DNA from: Macrostomum hystrix
Taxonomy: Eukaryota > Animalia > Platyhelminthes
DNA length: 64,000 nucleotides
Assembly (NCBI GenBank): GCA_950097015.1
Contig: CATNEN010000024.1
Coordinates: 4,402,001 to 4,466,000 of the forward strand
Reading direction: 5' to 3'
A program made the translations under genes and the position numbers. Positions 36,345 to 42,125 of this stretch are shown here, in pieces. Numbering within the stretch: position 1 is the stretch's first letter; the number at the start of each line of letters is the position of its first letter. The notes below the pieces were generated by a model. That model searched no databases. It was not told the DNA's origin and saw only the letters and a program-made list of their open reading frames with translations.

Positions 36345-37437
36345 TCTGTTGCTCAGGAAGATCCAAGGCAGAGTAGGCTTGAGCACAAAATAAGAAGCAG
36401 CTTGGGGTCAAGCAGAAAATCCCGGGGCTGGCAGTCTTTGAGCTGGAGTCAACGGTGCTTTGTCGAATTAAGTTTGGCGCATTTTGTCATTCCACCCGTT
36501 TGAGTCAGATTTTATTGATTCCATGCGCCCAACCCCAGCGAAAACTCACAGCTATTGTTCGGTCTCGTTACCAGAAAAAATGGGAATGAAAATTTCTTCG
36601 GGACACAGGAGGAACTGTCCCAGCTAGTGTTCCCCACCGCGTTCTCACAATTACTCACCCCTACGACCTCGGATCCCCTATTCCCTCCCTGGCAACTGTG
36701 GAAATAGATATGAAGAGCTGCAAAGGCCGCGTACTCAAGGAAGGAATGTGAAAATGCACGCGAACTATCATGGCATTGGAGTGGCAAGCGCTCATTGATA
36801 GATTGAGCTGTGGATCGCGATTGCCGTAATCACACGAAGCCAGATTTTTTAAAAGAACCGCTGCATCTATTAGGCGGCAGGCTCTTCAGCTGCACTACCG
36901 CTTACAACCGTTGACCAAGGTCATTGCTTCCGTGCACTCAAGCACTCCGTAGAACCGGCTACCTCGTGCGGCCCATCGACCCGCGTCCCCCATTCAATGC
37001 AGCGCGGCCTCTAAACAGGCCAGACGGACGGCCTCCCGACGCTGCGACACATTTTAACGAGACAAGAAATCGTATGAAAGGTGAAGGCAGACAGACTGGG
37101 GCCAATCGATGCGGCTACAAGCCTTCCCCAACCGGCCCCAACAACCGACCCGCAGCATCCCAGGTATTCACTCACCTGCCACAAAGAAGCCGAGAATGAA
37201 GGATAGCGGGATGCTCTTGTCCATCTCCTCGCAAAACTTCACCACCAGTTCGAAGTTCTGCCTTGCCTCCGGGCCCATGAAGACCCTATAGGAGATGTTG
37301 AACAGGTAGTAGAGCAGCAGGTAGACGATGAGGTCAGTGTAGACCAGCTTGTACAGGCTGCCCTTCCACAGCAGTAGGATCTTGATGAAGACGCCACCTT
37401 GGCTGCTGGAGATCGTCTCGCTGTAGGAGACCGTCAT
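6684..37437 (-). CDS. BEST: Bestrophin (Ca2+-activated anion channel), multi-exon, two alternative first exons, Polinton in a long intron
   Basis: Exons (minus strand) 37437-37176 or 36150-35883, then 32516-32296, [10960-10871 possible], 10585-10253, 9854-9666, 9593-9486, 7022-6684; all GT-AG and in phase. Motifs IPLSFILGFFV, RWWQMY, DFWLPLQW, IPLVYTQV, GWLKVA..NPFGDDDEDF (Ca clasp). 483/485 aa without the optional exon. Confidence 0.93.
7060..8030. repeat. Minisatellite ~20-21 bp (GGGACGCCACGATGGATTTG) with a 124-bp higher-order repeat at ~7630-7990
   Basis: ATTTGTAGGA recurs at 7631, 7755 and 7879. Confidence 0.93.
8491..8764 (+). mobile_element. tRNA-derived SINE family A copy
   Basis: GTAGCCTAGTGGTTAGGGCG..GGGTTCGATTCG head, GGCAAGACACTTAACTCTGCATTGCTT core, CAGTCCATGGACTG. 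Confidence 0.88.
8772..9414. repeat. Minisatellite, ~23-bp unit (ATTGCTAGACCAGTGCTAGAGCG) decaying into 11-12-bp subunits
   Basis: Tandem copies. Confidence 0.93.
10065..10207. repeat. Short minisatellite, 27-bp unit (TGGTTAAGATGATCTCTGATTGGCTAC)
   Basis: About 5 tandem copies. Confidence 0.88.
10982..11217. repeat. Minisatellite, 11-bp unit (CAGCATGGCAA)
   Basis: Tandem copies; source of the MLLPCCCHAVA pseudo-ORFs. Confidence 0.93.
11770..12975. repeat. Minisatellite, 24-bp unit (CTCCCTCCCTCTGTCCACCTCACT)
   Basis: About 50 tandem copies; source of the >400-aa repetitive ORFs. Confidence 0.96.
13788..14095 (+). mobile_element. tRNA-derived SINE family A copy (best preserved)
   Basis: GTAGCCTAGTGGTTAGAGCGTCAGAC..GGGTTCGATTCCC head plus the core shared with 8491; a further degenerate minus-strand fragment at ~14125-14220. 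Confidence 0.88.
16142..16365. repeat. ~100-bp tandem duplication (2 full copies plus a partial third) in host flank left of the Polinton
   Basis: GTGAGGTGGGTGTC at 16142, 16242 and 16343. Confidence 0.85.
16529..17210 (+). repeat. Left terminal inverted repeat (682 bp)
   Basis: Reverse complement of 31492-32173; same length, ORF translations identical over the shared TIR portion, no mismatch in the stretches compared by eye. Confidence 0.97.
16978..17214 (+). CDS. TIR-encoded hypothetical protein, 78 aa (left copy)
   Basis: ATG in CATTAAAAATG context, same as the polB start; Tyr/Lys/Cys-rich; stop lies just outside the TIR. Confidence 0.5.
   Translation: MLPIVSPGSYYKSHEPNYKSKYQCKRECSEYMKKYCPNVDINVPNINLALQSHWFHKYGAIIKDYDSYYNFAEIIKQL
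17512..18177 (+). CDS. Polinton accessory protein, 221 aa: coiled coil plus C-terminal DUF3102-like helical domain
   Basis: Intact ORF; HAIQCGKLLLTFK..FDYLLDQVNLKVSSANLYMKLF resembles, by recall, the DUF3102 pattern (IEIGxxLxxxK..WL..xSxRTAxxYMxI). Confidence 0.7.
   Translation: MDVDWCINLSGETVQRSLCEVLSETLAEIKDPVRAAQKRQKIAAFFKLNEESLQMEVLTLTRLQKKAASDRVAALDAERRAKRKEDFKQKLLASRIPQADVGKPADDESGDVVERLQCALFRLRRSQKTGLHHAIQCGKLLLTFKASNKNSGKKARKQHFDYLLDQVNLKVSSANLYMKLFKLESEYPGLRQVSLPLRDLNTNMSILVEILEDDQLWKQLV
18193..18330. promoter_or_regulatory. ~76-bp direct repeat (x2) carrying inverted CCAAT boxes and ACGCGT sites
   Basis: CTCTAG..TGCTTCGGATTGGCCAGAAAA.GTTAACGCGTTGGC at 18193 and 18269; regulatory role is inferred. 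Confidence 0.5.
18614..18873. repeat. Internal Polinton array: 3 x 21 bp plus 5 x 38 bp, junctions forming TTTGAA-NN-TTCAAA palindromes
   Basis: Palindromes at 18628, 18649, 18670, 18708, 18746, 18784, 18822, and an imperfect one at 18860. Confidence 0.93.
19005..19463 (-). CDS. Parvovirus VP1u-type phospholipase A2 (adintovirus PLA2X-like), 152 aa
   Basis: IPGYKYCGPLN Ca-binding loop, PVNELDSVCMWHDIKY catalytic HD, downstream D in WDKEML. Confidence 0.9.
   Translation of the reverse strand: MMQRSGGNLDSHGLVEKLPHPNKGWTIPGYKYCGPLNPLEIQLDKNNNPNPGHEPVNELDSVCMWHDIKYRDFPEEKTRWDKEMLRKLDNMGTSSGWRESIARKLVKAVIFGKTKLGLGIGGVGFVLHAPSKELGRLLKELGVERAEHTFAG
19490..20479 (+). CDS. INT: Retroviral-like (rve) integrase of Polinton type, 329 aa
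   Basis: HQADL..YKYALTVIDIASRY..TDPGKEF..VERFN; catalytic D, D-x34-E triad intact. Confidence 0.96.
   Translation: MADQKLQKLYYSDKGFFVGKNAVTKLAELSNESKQTVERWLSKQAVYQVYFPPVKFTRPHFNIYKPNEAHQADLLFLPNDSGYKYALTVIDIASRYKEARPLKTKKSEAVAAALQDIYKNSPLTYPQTFMTDPGKEFMGAVKSLMEKNNTKMRYGRTELHRDQAFVERFNLTLAKRLFTKQTAEELKLKSGQYYTKWTERLPAVISQLNNEVSRMTNLKPNTAIKQDTVKSKHPIANFNYPKLPGVYSPEILTNSEFVRFLYLPGELEKDTKRRATDPYFSLDVHKINRHFTSASGDYYFLSQDFNSKSPTRSFTRAELLVIPHDTEIN
20496..20927 (+). CDS. Adenovirus pX/mu-precursor-like core/membrane protein, 143 aa
   Basis: GGILPLLTLIPIIAGALGAAGGVA closely parallels the adenovirus pX C-terminus GGILPLLIPLIAAAIGA. Confidence 0.8.
   Translation: MIETRTVNKISRIIDSKKPGVVSIKGVKVKVDPIQQMIHCNNQTHNITDEKTGGILPLLTLIPIIAGALGAAGGVAGGVASAVKAGNDRAHQQEMEKIAREKGVRIGGSCESDDGSADESVSKSEIVKAIMTLHKAGFTILRM
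21052..24852 (+). CDS. pPolB: Protein-primed family B DNA polymerase with N-terminal terminal-protein-like region and EndoVII-like insert, 1266 aa
   Basis: ExoI YADFEC, ExoII FHNGRGYD, ExoIII YLWTD, PolA YLDANNLYGWAM, PolB KLANNSVYGK, PolC YTDTDS; CHIC..RDHDHFTGKFRGAAHNTCN insert. Confidence 0.98.
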   Translation: MPKANPEKKFVESFFQNNCPQAQSFQQKSQVLQEFCRQKFHQDPGYLGSYAIQQEIINQLLHSEQYTPVKKPATEHQQKSRSLVNKYETLTGQNVSKYPQNKQEQEDLERTIHQVEAELQAETEDLKFAQRKFTEHYIEYTIQEDTTNSQSDIYDFKDRIQSVIDHTLKSRKTFKLQLSFKIEFYMPAKPTERLEYYMTTKALPFTPTDTQDPFLQEISKKIDAFTSRGSGWVVNGIQKATVMIMKYDPLKASSYIELPKKLASKKACINVQNPDQCCALWAVLSAILYDKDRAHPERTSHYQGLFQHNHLICQAKGISFNRGGLAIDQIPKLEEVFNNKIRITVFEWNEKSEKVQLVRASKNTLDPEGRRRIDVDLLIIGDLRENAHYVWIKDLSRLLHKQMNNHHESVAICRLCLKHYSGPDRDEKLKEHELTCEDHPTNCTLPTDKHLRFKSYHKMEKLPFIVYADFECTINPETNKHVPNSVAYLFIGRDSFIDSKYFLGDQCVEQFIYSMMELQKNVAAIQPVPITMSDQDEIDFGSATHCHICRKLLTPCDVKNHTVRDHDHFTGKFRGAAHNTCNLKLQKNIRDLTIFFHNGRGYDYHLLVEKLGMIPGIKLDCIAENKEKFKCIDIKRDSGKIKIKDSFQFLAASLDALSKNLTDDQCTYTKMLADSLNPRTPDSFKLLRKKGVYPYECNHVFAEPLPPKDKFFSKLTNSGISDEDYEHAQTVYKHFNCRNFLDYHMLYLWTDVFLLADVFETFRKTWYSAYGLDPAHYVSLPATSWESLLKMKWDQNPNWYIELLTDIDMYNFIDSSKRGGISICVHRYAKANNPYLEDYDKEKPSNYIIYLDANNLYGWAMSQDLPVRDFRWLDTYKRDFSIPAIYEVDVEIPRELHDNFSDFAPFPENINCPKIIQYNDGSWQLSEKEKERVKKLTQNLMNKTRYIIHYKLLQYFISLGCRVTKVHRALAFTEEAWMKPYIEKNTQFRTKATNSFDKDLFKLANNSVYGKTLENERNRTNLKLVTCYEPGTIQTSLSKPTFKELHIFNDYLGAILFYKTKVTLCKPIFTGVTVLDESKRLMYKFFYDMKRQYGEQVKLLYTDTDSLILNIQTEDVYQDMLNQKHLYDLSEYPESFKTLKGDQVRDTGNQKVVGKMKDETAGTLITEFIGLRAKSYFVKSCKSTIKKSKGIPKHVVKNDLHEASYKDALINNKNTTHEFMKLQSKNHNIHTIQQKKIGLSGADNKRHIFDDNITSLPFGHYRLNNL
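24882..25280 (+). CDS. PRO: Adenain-like cysteine maturation protease, 132 aa
   Basis: GSHWV (His), YFDSYG (Asp), LQG (Gln), DICGELC (Cys). Confidence 0.94.
   Translation: MTTNIYLEELAQQLKIPNFRGVFMKDTLPETPLEKECGIMNFDPAEKPGSHWVCWVIDPNRKHKYYYFDSYGTAVPEQLRNYMTHMRHKIYRSDFILQGINSDICGELCMTVLYAMTHTRKSYKEIILGMKK
25306..25929 (-). CDS. Polinton membrane protein (coiled coil plus hydrophobic hairpin) with N-terminal PSAP and LYP motifs, 207 aa
   Basis: YEPSAPP..PLYPTF; FRLVEI; hydrophobic stretch LNMLLGSVSVLSGSAAAV..IAIPLGAAGATCGLISAV; ISKAIEDKFISEDEF. Confidence 0.85.
   Translation of the reverse strand: MSEKINSLYEPSAPPNNPSPQQPLYPTFTCNSQQFRLVEIQKMRDDIKRQIDHNTKKLKRYNRECKVFDYLNMLLGSVSVLSGSAAAVSTIPVITVPIAIPLGAAGATCGLISAVTGALSRNRRQKLKHLHAKQTNEKSVQSSIIGYISKAIEDKFISEDEFKNIQDLYEQRVRLNLNTIDEMSQLRNDLENVFKQHVAKAAKMNKT
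25961..26689 (-). CDS. Coiled-coil, putative fibre/spike-like protein, 242 aa
   Basis: True start probably the ATG at 26689 (AAAAAAATG context, MSINFAG); heptads IPTLRSDIATLRLDIATLRTAVNN; fibre role is inferred. Confidence 0.7.
   Translation of the reverse strand: MSINFAGESLDRGSTLTSAQVSYLDRRYINVDEKIPEIKLIKDRLKALERATHQRQINMEDLRVSIAKRKEEIDILYVQFVHDRDTLVAAIPTLRSDIATLRLDIATLRTAVNNRANLVEERVTENSNKVRNLEAFMLRSSTVHDRLSSRLTAAESDITTLQRLANETKETLRPMGLNVTRHTEYLNRIYNDWGKTKRRLGRLERLHNLPDIDIEEARVSDGPSEEVSREAARRATDLRERS
26707..27507 (-). CDS. ATP: A32/FtsK-like DNA packaging ATPase, 266 aa
   Basis: Walker A VVGSSGSGKT, Walker B LIVFDD, FTRGRHNNCNVIYIAQ. Confidence 0.96.
   Translation of the reverse strand: MDFSNDFNPHWTRNQIKFSHHESIPSHFRCIVVGSSGSGKTFRVFNMLLRPGFIDYDTLHIYSPTLYQDEYKMLISGLQNRLHKEHIIQCFNNQKSLPSNPEIVAAEYAKYIKDNEKWQNIKVFTYGDPQVDPKTKLLPQPDELEKGRKHLIVFDDCMTGPQKQIENYFTRGRHNNCNVIYIAQNWFELPNKTIRGNCNLILLFPTIPQDRLKRFYNEVIAPANFVNPTKNSNRKISQEEFVNLCYDKWNQPYQFVMINKEKRTVI
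27553..27715. repeat. Intergenic short tandem repeats in the Polinton (AGATGTGTCTAGGACTT-type, then TGTACCCT-type)
   Basis: About 6 copies of a 17-19-bp unit followed by 4 GTACCC motifs, just upstream of the ATPase start. Confidence 0.85.
27715..28116 (-). CDS. Polinton small core-like protein with GxG motifs, 133 aa
   Basis: Intact ORF with AAAAAATG start; KRGSGLF, RSGNGLA, KKGSGF; (PLA)4 repeat. Confidence 0.75.
   Translation of the reverse strand: MPIIFEKDVDKYYDKEELNLIKRGSGLFPAGHYPRKERSGNGLADMIAQGAQIFKVISENKDNIKNVAESVGSVVTAAKKIKDTVTQDIQPPLAPLAPLAPLAPLAPNPDTVDPAIYEKMRASIKKGSGFKFE
28135..29307 (-). CDS. Polinton structural/accessory protein, 390 aa
   Basis: Intact ORF; C-terminal QGKGISDIYKRVAVLLGAAKTG..EFVNILDKM resembles a recurrent Polinton C-terminal helical motif (recall); Q/P-rich linker. 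Confidence 0.8.
   Translation of the reverse strand: MKRKNAHQISELEKLAQAEKRVTGLINKEQQSYNEFVQAATEFHKPGYGEAKKNIDQVKETIDDIQETQVQKALDKIPEAPQIQQSADPQVQVPQQSQLKVTDNFFGPVERAEHDGKYVFGISMWRKNIYNEPVEYYIDINKNHISVVKGSETKRIIYTETLLNFMTKNQEKISDKQLKNYRDLVSFALARDIEILKAPQILKMMHDNGVILTRFKKYKHFKQWFGLPDQEDAIKHLEQQPPQQQPPQQQPPQQQQTSESTPEDVLSALENADPTQVAKYKNDHPDAWQQLENFSPARMNKIKARVFTPQQRPVESSPQSSTDQSSTDQSFQGKGISDIYKRVAVLLGAAKTGMKDENRKEFVNILDKMMEKKYIDKRARELLLSRFNKK
29337..30623 (+). CDS. MCP: Major capsid protein (double jelly-roll, hexon-like), 428 aa
   Basis: Size, position next to the penton gene, beta-rich; D.S..(DDSTIK), SN...MFKEFSVSNGSTELERIANFGI pattern of Polinton MCPs. Confidence 0.85.
   Translation: MNDPLTPVFYKINKPILSDDSTIKATQVRVPSQENQNETNLGPGQTLTFTYNGCSSLVSVHSLKSGFHMTFQFKTKGGADAAHANVDKHDADVALISNFWAYMFKEFSVSNGSTELERIANFGIVYDAHCLIENPDFIQLGSGAGFIADEKEGDINDSGYKKRKKRYNYALQGADDAAKNPLYRSVDVFIPLRFMSGFCNTFNRLTSNFSYTFKMTRDDRSRVLWTGADHTRMEVKLTGIELYLEVIEPKTALKADYLKAIEKDIDVAYTAYMCRDERNETRTNICIKEGSCSNPRYIIINMRNPNNIIRYMHGDVRSIQHEISDNLYPALPQNGNFSQNKISKFYSELVDLAVKENNGIAITALQYGTLYPMFGADVSARQMPTDNSPVNIVTNIERTAATAVDLYIIYAFERKVKLNMINNSSSKV
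30647..31492 (+). CDS. mCP: Minor capsid protein (single jelly-roll, penton-like), 281 aa
   Basis: IHLDP..YHVYLNDFTGWSNVPNVTAANNKFHY; EKPNP..IHEIVLQFETEDG..VDFNGEEFVLTLII; the last base of its stop codon is the first base of the right TIR. Confidence 0.88.
   Translation: MEAIAERLNNIISHSKESIPITIAGRINDSNGIFVEKLEQAIHLDPGANYHVYLNDFTGWSNVPNVTAANNKFHYKWRGAAAEAVVFPVSTQSVDTYNYFLESVFTKRGHFETPNESKPEKKLFPVKLSYDLTVMRVVMQVHKDAEVEFKDDTWYRELGFEKKVYKAEAQTASPEAVSRTLLSGLFLAPNIADIVKGLNILIRSNLSRDWVFKGKRTNILYNISNSVAGGQMLVEKPNPVKRVVLSNKEIHEIVLQFETEDGVGVDFNGEEFVLTLIIERM
31476..31724 (-). CDS. TIR-encoded hypothetical protein, 82 aa (right copy)
   Basis: Mirror of 16978-17214 with a 4-aa longer tail (QLTFSQ*); overlaps the mCP 3' end convergently. 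Confidence 0.5.
   Translation of the reverse strand: MLPIVSPGSYYKSHEPNYKSKYQCKRECSEYMKKYCPNVDINVPNINLALQSHWFHKYGAIIKDYDSYYNFAEIIKQLTFSQ
31492..32173 (-). repeat. Right terminal inverted repeat (682 bp)
   Basis: Reverse complement of 16529-17210. Confidence 0.97.
32660..32980 (-). mobile_element. tRNA-derived SINE family B copy
   Basis: Homologous to 2226-2545; minus strand GCGGTTAACTCG..AAGTTCGATTCC head. Confidence 0.78.
33160..34025. repeat. Minisatellite, ~28-bp unit (GTCTAGATTGACAGGTGTCAGATTGCCC) with higher-order blocks
   Basis: Tandem copies. Confidence 0.94.
34050..34285 (-). mobile_element. tRNA-derived SINE family A-related copy
   Basis: Minus strand GGTGGTTAGAGC..GGGAGTTCGATTCG head; CAGTCCATGGACTG motif. 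Confidence 0.7.
35170..35845. repeat. Minisatellite, 14-bp unit (CCAGTCTACCCAAT)
   Basis: Tandem copies ending ~37 nt from the exon-1B donor. Confidence 0.94.
35883..36150 (-). CDS. BEST: Bestrophin first coding exon B (MAVPGSY...FFVAG)
   Basis: ATG at 36150, phase-1 GTGAGG donor at 35882, compatible with exon 2. Confidence 0.88.
37176..37437 (-). CDS. BEST: Bestrophin first coding exon A (MTVSYS...FFVAG)
   Basis: ATG at 37437, phase-1 GTGAGT donor at 37175, compatible with exon 2. Confidence 0.9.
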
Positions 37438-38689
37438 AATTGAACTAGCCGCTAGCTAAAGCTGCTCAAAAGCTGAATTGAGACCAGAGCCAGCGGTGCA
37501 CGACTTCGGGAACCCTTTGAGATAAAAAATACTGGGCTCCGAAATACCAACAGAAACGCAGGCGATCGAAGGGCGGAGAGAGGCACGTCGAATGACGAGT
37601 GAGGTCCCCCCGCGCTTTTATTATTTGCCAAAGCTAGCGCGTGCGGCTGCGTGTTAGTGTCTGCGCGAACCGGCGGAGTTGAGGCGGCTTGAAGCACGCA
37701 CGCGCAGGGGGGAGGGAGGTGGCGGGTCAACACCGTCGAGTCGATAGCGCCTCCTCGATTGGTCCGGTCGACGAAGCGAGTTTAGTTGGCCTGGTCAGTC
37801 GGGGTAGGGAGGGATTGGTGAAGCGGCCGGTCCGCCTCCCCCGTGGACTGCACTCTCCCGGCGTCGTGCCTTTTGTCTGCTTGTGCGAGTCTCTCCCTCT
37901 CTCTCTTTCTCTGTCTCTCTTGAGCTGTCTATTATTTCTGCTTGTAAATGTTTTGCCGGCTCTTCTGCCTTGCTTGCTCTCTCGGTTATTCTTAATCTAC
38001 CGGAGCGAGTACGACTCACGGCGCGCAGTCAAATGCCTAACTGAGCAGAGCTTGTCTATCTACCAGTTCTCAGCTGTCAAATGAAGGAACCAGAGACGAC
38101 GGCACTATAACGCACCTTTAGCTGAGAGTTCTGCGCTTAAAAACAGCGACTGTGCGTATAGCGACCCTTGTTTCCTCCTGTTGAGCAGTTTTTTTTCCCG
38201 CAGCCGGTAGGGCGCGGTGAAAGAATAGGGACTGGCTGGTGGGGTTGGGAGGCAGCTAGAGAACCGCCCTGATGCAGCAACCAAGGCTGCTGGCTGAGTC
38301 ATTGGGGACACTTCTCGCACAGTAAGTGACTGCGGGAACCAATCCCAGAGGGTCTTCCCACTCCCTCATCTCCTCCATCTACTCTCCCACCGCTCTCAAA
38401 CTCAATGGCACTGATGGGAGATGTAAAATGAAGAATTACTCACGTGAGCACACTGCATGGCAACTGCTGCGGTTTTTTGTAAAATAAATTCCCGCTGACG
38501 ACAACGCCTTGTTTCCCCTCCTCTCATTTCAAAGCCCAAGCTTTTGTCTCTAACGCAGGAATCTGCGGACTAAAGTTGAGACATTGTGACCTGCCCCATC
38601 CATGGGTGGAAGAAAAACAACATTAGAATTTCTATAGCTGAAAACTCAATTCAAAATTCTAAATGCTTCTAACAAAAACTATTCAATGT

Positions 38690-38990
38690 GTGTGCTCCAA
38701 TATCCATGTGTGTGCTCCAATATCCATGTGTGTGCTCCAATATCCACCTGTGTGTGCTCCAATATCCATGTGTGTGCTCCAATATCCATGTGTGTGCTCC
38801 AATATCCACCTGTGTGTGCTCCAATATCCACCTGTGTGTGCTCCAATATCCACCTGTGTGCTCCAATATCCACCTGTGTGCTCCAATATCCACCTGTGTG
38901 TGCTCCAATATCCATGTGTGTGCTCCAATATCCATGTGTGTGCTCCAATATCCACCTGTGTGCTCCAATATCCACCTGTGTGCTCCAATG
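38690..38990. repeat. Minisatellite, 20-22-bp unit (GTGTGCTCCAATATCCACCT)
   Basis: Tandem copies. Confidence 0.93.
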
Positions 38991-39669
38991 GCACACACAC
39001 GCACACACCAGACAGACAGACAGTGAGGTTGATGACTGAGTTTTAGCAACAGTCGCTAGTTACACAGCCATCATCGTATATTGAGCTACAAAAATATTAA
39101 CAGAGATACAGAATGACGAGTTTCAAAGTTACAGCTCTCAAAACCGGTGCATCTTATTATTTTTTTAATGTCTAGCCTCTTTGACTGCCCGGCAAGACAA
39201 CTGACGTACCCTTGGGCATTGTTATTCTTTACATTGAGCACACACACAGGCGCACAGATGGCACAAACGTATGCGTCGGCACACTAAGCTGAGTCTTGTG
39301 TTTGCCTTCTTCCGTTTCCTAAGCTTAGCAGCTAGTAATAAAAATAAATTTCAATTCAATTTCGCTGATGGCAGCAAAATTTTCGAACTAAAACAGTCTG
39401 GCACGGTAAAAAGGCCGTTTGCGCGTAAAAACTGCTGCGAATTTGGTACTCACATGAGCTTTTAGGCATGCCTCAACCAGTTAGTTAATTAAATTGCATA
39501 CCGAGCAGTCTGAGCAGTCTGAGCAGCCTGAGCAGTCTGAGCAGTCTGAGAAGTCTGAGCAGTCTTTTATCTACTTCACTCCCAAAAATGCAAACGGCTA
39601 TCGTTGTTTACCTACGTCAGGTGGCCTTTGTATTATTGAAGACAAATAAACTTATGCCTGACCGAGAAA

Positions 39670-41172
39670 TTCTCAGTATCCGCCCTTCAATCACTGGGAG
39701 AGGAAAGGTGGCGGGGCTGGTGGAATCCGCCCCTCAATCACTGGGAGAGGAAAGGTGGCGGGGCTGGTGGAATCCGCCCCTCAATCACTGGGAGAGGAAA
39801 GGTGGCGGGCTGGTGGAATCCGCCCCTCAATCACTGGGAGAGGAAAGGTGGCGGGCTGGTGGAATCCGCCCCTCAATCACTGGGAGAGGAAAGGTGGCGG
39901 GGCTGGTGGAATCCGCCCCTCAATCACTGGGAGAGGAAAGGTGGCGGGCTGGTGGAATCCGCCCCTCAATCACTGGGAGAGGAAAGGTGGTGGGCTGGTG
40001 GAATCCGCCCCTCAATCACTGGGAGAGGAAAGGTGGCGGGGCTGGTGGAATCCGCCCCTCAATCACTGGGAGAGGAAAGGTGGCGGGCTGGTGGAATCCG
40101 CCCCTCAATCACTGGGAGAGGAAAGGTGGCGGGCTGGTGGAATCCGCCCCTCAAGCACTGGGAGAGGAAAGCTGGCGGGGCTGGTGGAATCCGCCCCTCA
40201 ATCACTGGGAGAGGAAAGCTGGCGGGCTGGTGGAATCCGCCCCTCAATCACTGGGAGAGGAAAGGTGGCGGGCTGGTGGAATCCGCCCCTCAATCACTGG
40301 GAGAGGAAAGGTGGCGGGCTGGTGGAATCCGCCCCTCAATCACTGGGAGAGGAAAGGTGGCGGGGCTGGTGGAATCCGCCCCTCAATCACTGGGAGAGGA
40401 AAGGTGGCGGGGCTGGTGGAATCCGCCCCTCAATCACTGGGAGAGGAAAGGTGGCGGGCTGGTGGAATCCGCCCCTCAATCACTGGGAGAGGAAAGGTGG
40501 CGGGCTGGTGGAATCCGCCCCTCAATCACTGGGAGAGGAAAGGTGGCGGGGCTGGTGGAATCCGCCCCTCAATCACTGGGAGAGGAAAGGTGGCGGGCTG
40601 GTGGAATCCGCCCCTCAATCACTGGGAGAGGAAAGGTGGCGGGCTGGTGGAATCCGCCCCTCAAGCACTGGGAGAGGAAAGCTGGCGGGGCTGGTGGAAT
40701 CCGCCCCTCAATCACTGGGAGAGGAAAGCTGGCGGGGCTGGTGGAATCCGCCCCTCAATCACTGGGAGAGGAAAGGTGGCGGGCTGGTGGAATCCGCCCC
40801 TCAATCACTGGGAGAGGAAAGGTGGCGGGCTGGTGGAATCCGCCCCTCAATCACTGGGAGAGGAAAGGTGGCGGGGCTGGTGGAATCCGCCCCTCAATCA
40901 CTGGGAGAGGAAACGTGGCGGGGCTGGTGGAATCCGCCCCTCAATCACTGGGAGAGGAAAGGTGGCGGGCTGGTGGAATCCGCCCCTCAATCACTGGGAG
41001 AGGAAAGGTGGCGGGCTGGTGGAATCCGCCCCTCAATCACTGGGAGAGGAAAGGTGGCGGGGCTGGTGGAATCCGCCCCTCAATCACTGGGAGAGGAAAG
41101 GTGGCGGGCTGGTGGAATCCGCCCCTCAATCACTGGGAGAGGAAAGGTGGCGGGCTGGTGGAATTCGCCCCA
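39670..41172. repeat. Minisatellite, 46/47-bp unit (TGGTGGAATCCGCCCCTCAATCACTGGGAGAGGAAAGGTGGCGGG[G]C)
   Basis: About 32 near-identical copies; source of three ~500-aa pseudo-ORFs. Confidence 0.96.
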
Positions 41173-41364
41173 AATGACTTTGAGAGTTAAGGTGACAAGA
41201 TTGTGCGAGGATTGTGAAGCTGTTTGAAAACGCAAAAACAGGTAAAGAAATATTTCACCGAGAATGTACTACTTTTGGGCAGTAGTCTACAGAAAACATA
41301 ATAGAATACATATTTAATACTCTGCGGAACAACGAATGTGAATGTTTATCAGCAATTAAATCAG

Positions 41365-42125
41365 TCTGTAATTTAGTGAGTGTCTGTAATTCAGTGAGTG
41401 TCTGTAATTTAGTGAGTGTCTGTAATTCAGTGAGTGTCTGTAATTCAGTGAGTGTCTGTAATTCAGTGAGTGTCTGTAATTCAGTGAGTGTCTGTAATTC
41501 AGTTAGTGTCTGTAATTTAGTGAGTGTCTGTAATTCAGTTAGTGTCTGTAATTCAGTGAGTGTCTGTAATTCAGTGAGTGTCTGTAATTCAGTGAGTGTC
41601 TGTAATTCAGTGAGTGTCTGTAATTCAGTGAGTGTCTGTAATTCAGTGAGTGTCTGTAATTCAGTGAGTGTCTGTAATTTAGTGAGTGTCTGTAATTCAG
41701 TGAGTGTCTGTAATTCAGTGAGTGTCTGTAATTCAGTGAGTGTCTGTAATTCAGTTAGTGTCTGTAATTCAGTTAGTGTCTGTAATTCAGTGAGTGTCTG
41801 TAATTCAGTTAGTGTCTGTAATTCAGTAAGTGTCTGTAATTCAGTGAGTGTCTGTAATTCAGTTAGTGTCTGTAATTCAGTTAGTGTCTGTAATTCAGTG
41901 AGTGTCTGTAATTCAGTTAGTGTCTGTAATTCAGTTAGTGTCTGTAATTCAGTTAGTGTCTGTAATTCAGTTAGTGTCTGTAATTCAGTGAGTGTCTGTA
42001 ATTCAGTGAGTGTCTGTAATCCAGTGGGTATCTGTTATTTAGTGTCTCTAATCCAGTGGGTATCTGTTATTAGTGTCTCTAATCCAGTGCGTATCTGTTA
42101 TTAGTGTCTCTAATCCAGTGGGTAT
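41365..42125. repeat. Minisatellite, 18-bp unit (GTGAGTGTCTGTAATTCA), ending in a longer variant unit
   Basis: Tandem copies. Confidence 0.95.

Noticed and set aside
36311-36345. (CTG)n tract as a coding poly-Leu/poly-Gln
   Set aside because: Lies upstream of the exon-B start in probable 5' UTR; no supported reading frame
6684-37437. Bestrophin as a pseudogene broken by the Polinton
   Set aside because: The insertion is intronic, and all exons join in frame with canonical splice sites and intact motifs
35105-42104. Long ORFs 35105-35982, 38663-39049, 39588-41227 and 41376-42104
   Set aside because: Same minisatellite artefact
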